Positions 1-7,365 of a stretch of DNA of 8,523 bases are shown here, one piece after another. The notes under the pieces were generated by a model that searched no databases, had not been told where the DNA came from, and saw only the letters and a list, made by a program, of their open reading frames with translations. This DNA comes from Spizellomyces punctatus DAOM BR117 (taxonomy: Eukaryota), in assembly GCA_000182565.2 (NCBI GenBank), contig KQ257474.1; one strand, given 5' to 3'. The position numbers and the translations under genes are program-made. Each line of letters begins with the position of its first letter. Position 1 is the stretch's first letter.

Positions 1-2529
1 CCGTCCGTAAATGTAAATCGGCTTGTCTTGTGCTCCTAACCACGTAGCAGCATCACTAGCATACCCTAAAAAACCAGAACCATCCAGACCCAGCCAAGAC
101 GATTTTGTACCGTCAAAACTATTTGAAATAAAGACAGACGAGCCTCCTGCTACAGAGGCGGTCGTTTGAACTCTGCTTCCTGTAATGACTTTCCCTGAGA
201 TATTGCCGCCAAATGTAACATTATTTGAAGTTAGATTAGTTATCTGGCTTCCGACCCAAGGTTTGATAACATCATTGTCATAATCTCTTAACATCGAGAG
301 ATTGATTGCTTGCTGAGGGTATTCGTATTTGATGCCTCGATAACATGAAGGCGTATCAAACAAGAGACGAGTACAACCTCCTATTGGATCAGAAGCAATT
401 GCGACATTGCTCCCGGGTTCAAGTGGTGGCATGAAGGTAACAGGGTCTATTGGTTCGTAAACGGGGTTTCCATCGCCATCGAGTATAGGTTGTCCTTCCG
501 CATCTCGTTGAACCTTACGTTTGCGTGACCCTCCGAAAATCATTCCCCAAGGGAACGTTGAGACGATTGGGAGGATGGAGTTTACAGCCATAGGGACTGT
601 CAGTGGTGGAGATACGATCGCAGGAAATGGAATGGTAGTCAGCGGTGTAGCCCCAGACAATACGACCACATTCCCACCAGGAACATCAGTTTTCAACACT
701 TCGCCCGTGTCACTTTGCTCCGTATTGTCTGTATCCCTTTGCTTCGATAACGGCGTGGGGTCAATCAAGGTGAAGTTAAACAATGGGTATGAGCCAGTAA
801 TTATCAAATTTGGCGAATTAGATACCAACTGAGGAGGAATCATATTATACTGAATCGTATTCCCTACAACTACGACACTTCCATACGAATTTGTCGAGCC
901 AATGTAGTTGCCTTTCAGCGTATCACCCACTCGAAGAACGGTATCACTTCCTGTAAGTGAACATGAAATCAAGTCGCCGCTGACTTGTACACCATTTATA
1001 CCTCGGAGATTAGTAGATAGAATGGCACCGTTCTTCTGGAGGCCTATCCCGGCTGCTATATTAGAACTTAGAACACCATTATTGAGGGTTAAATCTGGAG
1101 ACTGGGCTGTTAACGAGAGTCTAAAATCGTTGCCCACCCGTGTTACTCCTTGGGAGGCTGTGAAGGTATCCCGTATGGTACCCCTGTTGACCATAGCCAA
1201 ACCGCTGTTAGCATCAACTTTTAGATCGAGTTGAAGGTCATTCTGTACTCTCTCGAGACCATTGCTGCAAGTCAGTACGTCTTTAATGGTATCTGCTTTG
1301 ACCATTTGAAGAAAACTGCCAGCCTCACACTTAAGGGAAAGTTGAATATCGTTTGTAGTCCCTGGGCGAACGGTCACTCCATTAAAATCTTGAAAAATGT
1401 AGCCACCGGTTAAACGGTTCCCAAGAATCCGTACTGTTTGGTTGTCAACGAGAACGCCTATCTCCCTACGTCCTACCGATTCGGGTCCAACGGCGACCGC
1501 GCCTGTTAATGATCCTTGATAAAAGTTTGAAAGATAGTCTTTTGTGACTGCATAACTTCCTCCACCTATTCCAGGCAGCGTTCCCATTATTTTCACATTA
1601 GGAACACGCAGTTCTTGCAATGTTGTCGAAAAGGTAAGATTTGAGGAGGCAGAGTATCCATACTGAAGATTTCCAAATAACACCTGCTCATAACCTGGGG
1701 ATTTCAGCGACAATCTAGAACCCACTTGAGAAAAAGTGGAACTGTCTACCATCAATCTAATCGCTGTCGTGTCAACCTCTCCCAAAAAATCAGTCATATC
1801 GGTCAAACTATTGAATCCAAAGTCTAGCCATGATGATCCGATGTCTAACAGCGTATCAGCACCGCTGGATGTCTTTATTGCGCCGAATGCTTTGAACAGT
1901 TGACTAGTATTGGTTTCTAATTCGTCTTCATTGTTCACCTTTAGACTTTTGTGGAGTTTGATTCCAAGGCCGCTCTGGTCACGAAACAATGGTTTCTTGA
2001 GCGTTTCTGGAGGAGGGAAGTTTACAGATAGACCATTCTCATTAATGGATAATGTCTCATCTGCCTGTAAACCAACCGTCCGTGATTCGGCATCCCTGTA
2101 GAGTGGAAATTCATAACTGTCCGGAATGACTTTTAGTTTTTCTTCCTCTACAGTTAAACATGAATCATCAATCTGAAGTTGAATACCATGATCCTCTTTT
2201 GAGTAGACAAGAGGTGGACGCGCGTTTACGTCGACTGTGGTCAACTGATTACTCTCGTCAATCTCAAGTCTCTTGTTGTCGTAAAGTAATTCGATACTTA
2301 CAACGCCGTTTTCGTTACTGGAAGATAAGCATCCAGAGGTGGTTTCAACAGAGTTGACTTCTAACTCGCCATTTTCGTTTGATAAATGTTTAAATTCTCC
2401 AACAGCGAACCCCTTTATCTTTGCAGCATCATCGAATCCAGTCATCTCCCCCGTAACATACGGTGAGAGGAGATTTGTATTATCTAAATTACGTAACCCG
2501 GAAGCGTTCCTACTGTTAATACCAGACAT
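1..2529 (-). CDS. Large virion fiber/spike-like protein, C-terminus beyond the window edge (at least 843 aa)
   Basis: Manual translation: ATG at 2529 (in-frame TAG upstream at 2541-2539), with no stop down to position 1. Begins MSGINSRNASGLRNLDNT and ends ...WLGAQDKPIYIYGR. Contains beta-spiral-like repeats (RPPLVYSKEDHGIQLQIDD, EFPLYRDAESRTVGLQADE, KPLFRDQSGLGIKLHK; ASQGVTRVGNDFRL, AGIGLQKNGAILST, GINGVQVSGDLISC). The ORF is near certain; the function is inferred. Confidence 0.75.
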   Translation of the reverse strand, partial: MSGINSRNASGLRNLDNTNLLSPYVTGEMTGFDDAAKIKGFAVGEFKHLSNENGELEVNSVETTSGCLSSSNENGVVSIELLYDNKRLEIDESNQLTTVDVNARPPLVYSKEDHGIQLQIDDSCLTVEEEKLKVIPDSYEFPLYRDAESRTVGLQADETLSINENGLSVNFPPPETLKKPLFRDQSGLGIKLHKSLKVNNEDELETNTSQLFKAFGAIKTSSGADTLLDIGSSWLDFGFNSLTDMTDFLGEVDTTAIRLMVDSSTFSQVGSRLSLKSPGYEQVLFGNLQYGYSASSNLTFSTTLQELRVPNVKIMGTLPGIGGGSYAVTKDYLSNFYQGSLTGAVAVGPESVGRREIGVLVDNQTVRILGNRLTGGYIFQDFNGVTVRPGTTNDIQLSLKCEAGSFLQMVKADTIKDVLTCSNGLERVQNDLQLDLKVDANSGLAMVNRGTIRDTFTASQGVTRVGNDFRLSLTAQSPDLTLNNGVLSSNIAAGIGLQKNGAILSTNLRGINGVQVSGDLISCSLTGSDTVLRVGDTLKGNYIGSTNSYGSVVVVGNTIQYNMIPPQLVSNSPNLIITGSYPLFNFTLIDPTPLSKQRDTDNTEQSDTGEVLKTDVPGGNVVVLSGATPLTTIPFPAIVSPPLTVPMAVNSILPIVSTFPWGMIFGGSRKRKVQRDAEGQPILDGDGNPVYEPIDPVTFMPPLEPGSNVAIASDPIGGCTRLLFDTPSCYRGIKYEYPQQAINLSMLRDYDNDVIKPWVGSQITNLTSNNVTFGGNISGKVITGSRVQTTASVAGGSSVFISNSFDGTKSSWLGLDGSGFLGYASDAATWLGAQDKPIYIYGR

Positions 2530-2647
2530 ATTTACATTCTAGTTAGCAAGATAAATTCCTAAAATTTGAGGAGCTTGGCAAAGACTAAGCGCTCGACGGA
2601 GGTGCCGAGCCACCGCGTGGCGTCTCACATCTCTGTGTTACATCATA

Positions 2648-4132
2648 TTACATCATTCGTTGTTTCTTCTTAGGAGGAAGGATTATTTCTTCACCTTTTC
2701 TTCTTCTCGTCCTAACGGTCGGTTCTGTCACTTGAACTTGTTGTACCGGTTGAGCAGGGACAACAAACTCGGCATCTCTCCACCCACCACGAAGTTTCGC
2801 GAGCGGACGAATCTCACTACCAAGGTCTGCTGTCAAGGGAACCAGTGTAGGTGGGTTAAGTGCCGTCGGTGCTGCTGGAGCAACATCCACTTTTCTCCTT
2901 CGATTAGCACGCACATTCCTTTCAACTTCTGCAGGGGACATTAATGTGATTTCCTCAACATGGTCTTCTTGTTCAGGTATGGAATCATCAATCTTCCGTC
3001 TCTTAACTGTTTGCTTCTCTTCAGGTTGCTTGTACTGTCTTCGCTTGGTGCCATGAGGAGCACTTCCGGCGAAAATCACATCTGGGGGACGTGGAGGAGC
3101 AACAGGTGGTGGGGTTGCTGGTGGAGTTACTGGCTCTACAACATCATGCTCCGCTCCTCCTGTTTTTTGCTTCTTTTTATTCAATCGAGGAATCGGCGGG
3201 GGTGCATTTGCTTTCCTTTTAGAACCTGCTAATATGGTTGCTTCCTTACCTTTGAAGTGAAATGGTGTTCTCGCAGGTACCGAGACAAACTGATCATTGA
3301 TGGAGTTTCTCTCTAAAACATCCGCTACACCAGATGGATCATGGCGGTCATTCAGAAGTACTGTATCATGTGGAATTGGTACGCTACGAGGCATTGTTTC
3401 GACGGAGGCATCAATTTGAGGAGATTCCACATGTATCTGTTGAGTCGACCCAGGAAATCCTCCTGGAATAGGTGGAATGTAACTATCAGCCATTAGATGC
3501 GCTGGCAGTGAAACTGCAATGCCAGTCGCATGATTGACACGGTCATTTCCAACTGCATCTCTTCGTATCTCTGTTTCTCGAGTCAGGATGACTGGCTCTA
3601 CAGGAACACTGTTTACATTACGTGGTTGAGCTGGTATCTCATTTCCATTAGGTGGTGCTTGAAACATTAAACCTGTTTGGGAAGTCACTGATGCTGGATA
3701 GGAATACACATGTCCAGTTTCATCAGGAATCGGTAATCCTGAAAGGGAATTTTGCGTTCCAATGGTCAATGCATTCCCTTGTCGACTTGGAGTAATCGAA
3801 TCAAGATACTTCTGTTTCTTATGATAATCTTCTTCTGCTTTCACGTACTCAAGACCATCCTTATAAGCCTTCGTGGTGTATTGCGCTGCTGACAATTTCA
3901 AAACATCAGAAGATGATAATCTTGGTTCATATTTAGGTTCAACGTAATTGGTCTTTGTCGCTAAGTCTTTTTGATGGATCAACCTGTTCCACGAATACAC
4001 TACTTGTGGTCGCCCGAGGTCATCGACCTTTGAATAATCTAGAGCGACCCCAACTTGTCTCTTTTGCAAATTAGGAATCGGTGGCGAAATAGCATATGTA
4101 TCACTCAAGTAATTGGCTCGGTAATATGCCAT
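2648..4132 (-). CDS. 494-aa Pro-rich, largely disordered protein with multiple NLS-like motifs (candidate core/cement protein)
   Basis: Long ORF. C-terminal half has KRKANAPPPIPRLNKKKQK, KRRQYKQPEEKQTVKRRK, RRRKV and RRRKGEEIILPPKKKQR, plus a PPATPPPVAPPRPP tract. No family recognised. Confidence 0.75.
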   Translation of the reverse strand: MAYYRANYLSDTYAISPPIPNLQKRQVGVALDYSKVDDLGRPQVVYSWNRLIHQKDLATKTNYVEPKYEPRLSSSDVLKLSAAQYTTKAYKDGLEYVKAEEDYHKKQKYLDSITPSRQGNALTIGTQNSLSGLPIPDETGHVYSYPASVTSQTGLMFQAPPNGNEIPAQPRNVNSVPVEPVILTRETEIRRDAVGNDRVNHATGIAVSLPAHLMADSYIPPIPGGFPGSTQQIHVESPQIDASVETMPRSVPIPHDTVLLNDRHDPSGVADVLERNSINDQFVSVPARTPFHFKGKEATILAGSKRKANAPPPIPRLNKKKQKTGGAEHDVVEPVTPPATPPPVAPPRPPDVIFAGSAPHGTKRRQYKQPEEKQTVKRRKIDDSIPEQEDHVEEITLMSPAEVERNVRANRRRKVDVAPAAPTALNPPTLVPLTADLGSEIRPLAKLRGGWRDAEFVVPAQPVQQVQVTEPTVRTRRRKGEEIILPPKKKQRMM

Positions 4133-4197
4133 ACTAGGTTTTTTCCTTTGCTATGTAGAGCTGAAAAAATAATATCTCTTCTGTTCTATAAATCAAG

Positions 4198-4497
4198 ATG
4201 CCTAATTGGTTTTCTAAAGCGAAAGCAAAGGCGAATGTGCTGTGGAATAACGCGCCGTCATATGTTGCAAAAGCAAGGAACTTTGCTAATCAAGCAGTCC
4301 GGCATGCCACTACATTGAATAAACATGTGCAGCACGTAAATCGCCAAGTACAAGAGTCACCGCTTTTCTCAGCAGGAGTCCGAGAGAAAAGTCAAAAGAT
4401 TTCTAGTCATGGTGAGACCGGTTTGAAGAAGTTAAGCGAACTCCACAAGAATGCAGATGACTTTGTCGAGAAGGTGACAGGTGGTAGAATCGAGTGA
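4198..4497 (+). CDS. 99-aa basic helical protein with an N-terminal amphipathic segment
   Basis: Fills the gap between a divergent spacer and a convergent hairpin; preceded by TATAAATCAAG-ATG; sequence MPNWFSKAKAKANVLWNNAPSYVAKARNFANQAV is helical and amphipathic-looking. Confidence 0.65.
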   Translation: MPNWFSKAKAKANVLWNNAPSYVAKARNFANQAVRHATTLNKHVQHVNRQVQESPLFSAGVREKSQKISSHGETGLKKLSELHKNADDFVEKVTGGRIE

Positions 4498-4530
4498 TCT
4501 AATCCAGTGAACTACTGCTATCTGGGTGGC

Positions 4531-4599
4531 GAGGGTAATTGACCCCGATCTCGGGTTCTATGTATAACATGTTACTGAACTTCGGGGTCATTTACCCTC
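4531..4599. terminator. Long inverted repeat/hairpin between convergent genes (candidate bidirectional 3'-end signal)
   Basis: Arms GAGGGTAATTGACCCCGA (4531-4548) and TCGGGGTCATTTACCCTC (4582-4599) are 17/18 complementary; inner GTTC/GAAC pair and the palindrome TAACATGTTA (4565-4574). Terminator role is inferred from position only. Confidence 0.55.
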
Positions 4600-4732
4600 A
4601 ACCTACATGCAACCCCATAATCAAACAGGTAGTGTGTGGCTGTCTAAGGGAAGCTTGAAGAGAGAAGAGCGCACACGGCGGACAATGTTCACTGCGCGCT
4701 TGGCGCCCCAGGCGGATATCAATTTTAACCCT

Positions 4733-5986
4733 TCAAACCACAGTCACAACAGCACCAATGGAAAGTGTGACATTCTCGTGGTAGGTTGAGACCATGCGCA
4801 CCTTTTGCGTAGGTGCCGTTGCATGAGTTGTATGCACACGAAGAATGCCATCAGTACCTGTAAAACTCAAAGCATTCGCCGAGCCTTCATCCTTCGAAGC
4901 AAAACTCCACCCAAAGGAAAAGGCTTTTGAATCATAGTCGGCGAACGACAGATCTATCTCCCCCAGTTGGTCAAAGGTGTTATTTGATAACTGTGTGACC
5001 AGTAACGTTTGATTGTCACTTGGGCTGTGAGTAAACCCTTGCGTTCCACTTGGAATGGTAAGATTTGCCCCCAGTTGAATTCGCCACTCGCGAAGCCCTT
5101 GTGAAGAATACATTAGCGCCTTATCTTTCGTCTGGTCATTGAGAACATCATCGTCCACAAATGACATTTCGATCCCTTGAAGTGACCTTACACCACTCAT
5201 ATGAAGCAAAAATGTATTCCGGTTTCCGCCACTACATGCGTTTTCCGTTTGGGTTGAGCGCACATAGTCATAGAATATTGACTTACCATCTGATATAGCG
5301 CGAGTCGCGTTCACAACGGTTGTCGGTGGCGGTGTGATGAAAGGCAAGAGACATCTAATGGAACTGACTCTGATTTCGCCAATACCAGCACTTGTAAAGA
5401 CGGTGGAAGGATCCGCTAAAGTGATGATGATCTCTAAGGCCTGATTAGGAAGCGCCCAAACAGGGAAGAACTGGTCATTTGTCGGATGAAAGAAACCCAC
5501 AAAAGGGTGATGGTTGATGGAGATAGTACTCGATGTTGCAAAGATATTGGTGTTTCCATATCCGGAAAGTTGGCTCAACAATTTCTTACTACCGGCGGAT
5601 AGATTGCGGTACGTTTGTACTAGATAAAGAGGATAGTTTGGAATGTTGACAACTGTTTCACCCCCTGCTTTGATGGTCAATGATTGAATAATGGATTCCA
5701 AGCCAAGATACGTGTTTTTAACACCTGTACCAGGAGTTATCAAGTTTCCTGCATTATCGTATGCAGAAACATCCATGGAGAGAATTAGTTTTTGCAGAAC
5801 GAAACTCACCGAATTAGAGTCACAAGTTATCTTAATTGGGGTCAGGTTACGACTTTTTGTCGTATACGTGCTTTGACCTATTGGAGAATAGATTGACATC
5901 CCCTCCCCGCGGGGGTCTGAGTACGAACGACTAAACGTGTTACTGGAAAATAACCAATTACGAGGTACAGCAACTTCTTCCGACAT
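4733..5986 (-). CDS. Putative double-jelly-roll major capsid protein (PLV-type), 417 aa
   Basis: Size and beta-rich pattern fit; segment GLESIIQSLTIKAGGETVVNIPNY resembles the conserved 'sli..l.i..gg..ie.i.nY' motif of PLV MCPs; WRIQLGANLTIP resembles the 'y...ig....P' motif of the second jelly roll; lies next to penton and ATPase genes. Confidence 0.75.
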   Translation of the reverse strand: MSEEVAVPRNWLFSSNTFSRSYSDPRGEGMSIYSPIGQSTYTTKSRNLTPIKITCDSNSVSFVLQKLILSMDVSAYDNAGNLITPGTGVKNTYLGLESIIQSLTIKAGGETVVNIPNYPLYLVQTYRNLSAGSKKLLSQLSGYGNTNIFATSSTISINHHPFVGFFHPTNDQFFPVWALPNQALEIIITLADPSTVFTSAGIGEIRVSSIRCLLPFITPPPTTVVNATRAISDGKSIFYDYVRSTQTENACSGGNRNTFLLHMSGVRSLQGIEMSFVDDDVLNDQTKDKALMYSSQGLREWRIQLGANLTIPSGTQGFTHSPSDNQTLLVTQLSNNTFDQLGEIDLSFADYDSKAFSFGWSFASKDEGSANALSFTGTDGILRVHTTHATAPTQKVRMVSTYHENVTLSIGAVVTVV

Positions 5987-6027
5987 CTTTGTTTACTGAT
6001 TGCAGGAAAAAAAAAAATGGAAGATTT

Positions 6028-6558
6028 TCAGCCAAAAATACCACCATAGTTGTCCTCCTCAACATTGTCCTCCTCAAAGAACGGTGATCTAGAGTCAAAG
6101 AATGGTTCATCATCACCAAATTTCAAAATTACGCTCTTTTTTTTAGATGGACGTATTGCTGCTGGCTGCGCCTTTGCTGCTGGTTTGGATCTCTTGCTCC
6201 TAGTTGGTGTTGCCTTCTTTCCTCGCTTTGTGTTTCGTCGTTCTTCCCTCGCCAACCGCTTCTGTTCCTTCTCCTCTTCAAGGATGCGTTTGGCCTCATC
6301 GATCCTCCTTTGTTTATCCTGCTCCTTCCGTTCCTTCTCGCGTTTTGCTTGCATTAGGCGCAATTGTTCAGCCCTCGCTTTCTGCGCCTTCTCCAATGCA
6401 GCCCGTTGCTTGTCCGTCATCGGGCGTTTCACCTTTTGCTTTGGAGGCTGTTCTGGTATAATTTCTGCTTTTTGAACAGGTGCTTGTTCAGCGGGTGGTT
6501 CTACATTATCTTGTGGAACGGCACTCGATTCTTGATGATTTTGATTTTGCTCTTCCAT
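6028..6558 (-). CDS. 176-aa highly charged coiled-coil protein
   Basis: KRPMTDKQRAALEKAQKARAEQ followed by an E/K/R-rich helix, a basic KRGKK...RSKRSK tract and an acidic tail; co-oriented between penton and MCP. Confidence 0.75.
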   Translation of the reverse strand: MEEQNQNHQESSAVPQDNVEPPAEQAPVQKAEIIPEQPPKQKVKRPMTDKQRAALEKAQKARAEQLRLMQAKREKERKEQDKQRRIDEAKRILEEEKEQKRLAREERRNTKRGKKATPTRSKRSKPAAKAQPAAIRPSKKKSVILKFGDDEPFFDSRSPFFEEDNVEEDNYGGIFG

Positions 6559-6575
6559 TGTTTTCTTACTCTAAG

Positions 6576-6604
6576 AAAAAAAAAAAAAAAAAATAAAAAA
6601 AAAA
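6576..6604. repeat. A18-T-A10 homopolymer tract (T-tract on the coding minus strand)
   Basis: Directly visible; abuts the penton stop codon (6605-6607). A second A11 tract lies at 6007-6017. Confidence 0.95.
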
Positions 6605-7324
6605 TTAGACATCCGCAACATCATCTGTAAATGCAAACCGAACGGTTAACGGACTGTTGAGTGCAACTTCCAAACCGGTCATTGAGTCAATAAGATAGAA
6701 TTCGATTTTGGAGATAGTGTCATCAACAGGGAGCCATTCACCTCCATCGTTAGTCCATGTGACTACATCGCCAAAGGAATCAGGGACAACCGCAGCAATT
6801 ACGGATTGGGCGGAATCATTGAAGTCACTGAGGAAACGGCTTCCTTGGACTTGGATGTTACTCGTGACAAGCATTGGATACGACCCGGACAAATTGACAG
6901 CATTCTTCAGTGTGATAGTCTTGTAATATCCCGTTTCACTCCATCTTGACATTCCTGTTAGAAGATATGATGTCGTTCCTCTCGACGCAGCAAGAACCTT
7001 GAAGTTCTTGCTACCAGATGTGGAAAGTGTCAATCTCCTCGTAACAGAGTCGTATGTGGCATTGTAGGCTTGCGTCCCGGCTGAACTCAATGCTTGAGCA
7101 ACGGCATTCGGAAAATTAGCGATGCTGTAATTACCATTAGGTATTTTCGCAGATAAGATGGTTGGATCGCCTTCTTCAACAAAATTAATCGTGTTATTAG
7201 AATCGTTGACCAGATCCCAATCTTGAAGGAAAGAAACCGAGAGAACCTTCATCATTTCCATCCTCCGAGGAGGTATTGAGAATGATCGAGATTTTAAGGA
7301 GCAGTATGTCACTTCGTTAATCAT
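6605..7324 (-). CDS. Putative minor capsid protein (penton, single jelly roll), 239 aa
   Basis: Motifs NNTINF, KIPNGNYSIANFPNAVAQAL, TYDSVTRRLTL and C-terminal ISKIEFYLIDSMTGLEVALNSPLTVRF match the pattern of Polinton/PLV/virophage pentons (ip.GnY...l; i..i...l.D..g..v.ln). Confidence 0.75.
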   Translation of the reverse strand: MINEVTYCSLKSRSFSIPPRRMEMMKVLSVSFLQDWDLVNDSNNTINFVEEGDPTILSAKIPNGNYSIANFPNAVAQALSSAGTQAYNATYDSVTRRLTLSTSGSKNFKVLAASRGTTSYLLTGMSRWSETGYYKTITLKNAVNLSGSYPMLVTSNIQVQGSRFLSDFNDSAQSVIAAVVPDSFGDVVTWTNDGGEWLPVDDTISKIEFYLIDSMTGLEVALNSPLTVRFAFTDDVADV

Positions 7325-7365
7325 GATATTTCCTTACCTTTATGTAAAGACAAAGGAAAATTTAA
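7325..7365. promoter_or_regulatory. 41-bp AT-rich divergent spacer between penton and ATPase (likely bidirectional promoter region)
   Basis: Head-to-head ATGs at 7324 (-) and 7366 (+); contains GTAAG on the minus strand, and GTAAA, CAAAGGAAAA and TAAATG on the plus strand. Confidence 0.45.

Noticed and set aside
521-2542. Plus-strand ORFs 521-832, 908-1234, 1231-1413, 1910-2101, 2160-2357 and 2339-2542
   Set aside because: All lie antisense to the uninterrupted 843-codon minus-strand ORF, several start at TTG, and none has recognisable motifs; they are shadow ORFs.
2660-4318. Plus-strand ORFs 2660-2944, 2960-3232 and 4055-4318
   Set aside because: Antisense to or overlapping the 494-aa and 99-aa genes; composition is typical of off-frame translation.
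4520-4565. tRNA or Pol III A/B-box-like words (TGGCGAGGG, GGTTCTA)
   Set aside because: Poor match to consensus and no cloverleaf; better explained by the long inverted repeat.
4669-4706. GC-rich short stems downstream of the MCP stop (GCGCA/TGCGC, GCGC-TTG-GCGC)
   Set aside because: Stems of 4-5 bp in a GC-rich patch are expected by chance.
4607-4789. 60-aa plus-strand ORF
   Set aside because: Short, overlaps the MCP 3' end in antisense, no motif or upstream signal.
6576-6604. A-tract with AATAAA as a retroposed poly(A) tail or plus-strand poly(A) signal
   Set aside because: No credible plus-strand gene ends here and no target-site duplication is visible; exact tract length may also be a sequencing artefact.
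5691-6926. Plus-strand ORFs 5691-5876, 6050-6475, 6204-6461, 6364-6630 and 6708-6926
   Set aside because: Antisense shadows of the MCP, 176-aa and penton genes; the poly-Lys in 6364-6630 is just the A-tract.
7325-7365. TAAGGA/AAAGGA before ATGs as Shine-Dalgarno sites, implying a prokaryotic virus
   Set aside because: Present at only some genes; the Polinton-type integrase, multiple NLSs and long homopolymer tracts favour a eukaryotic host.
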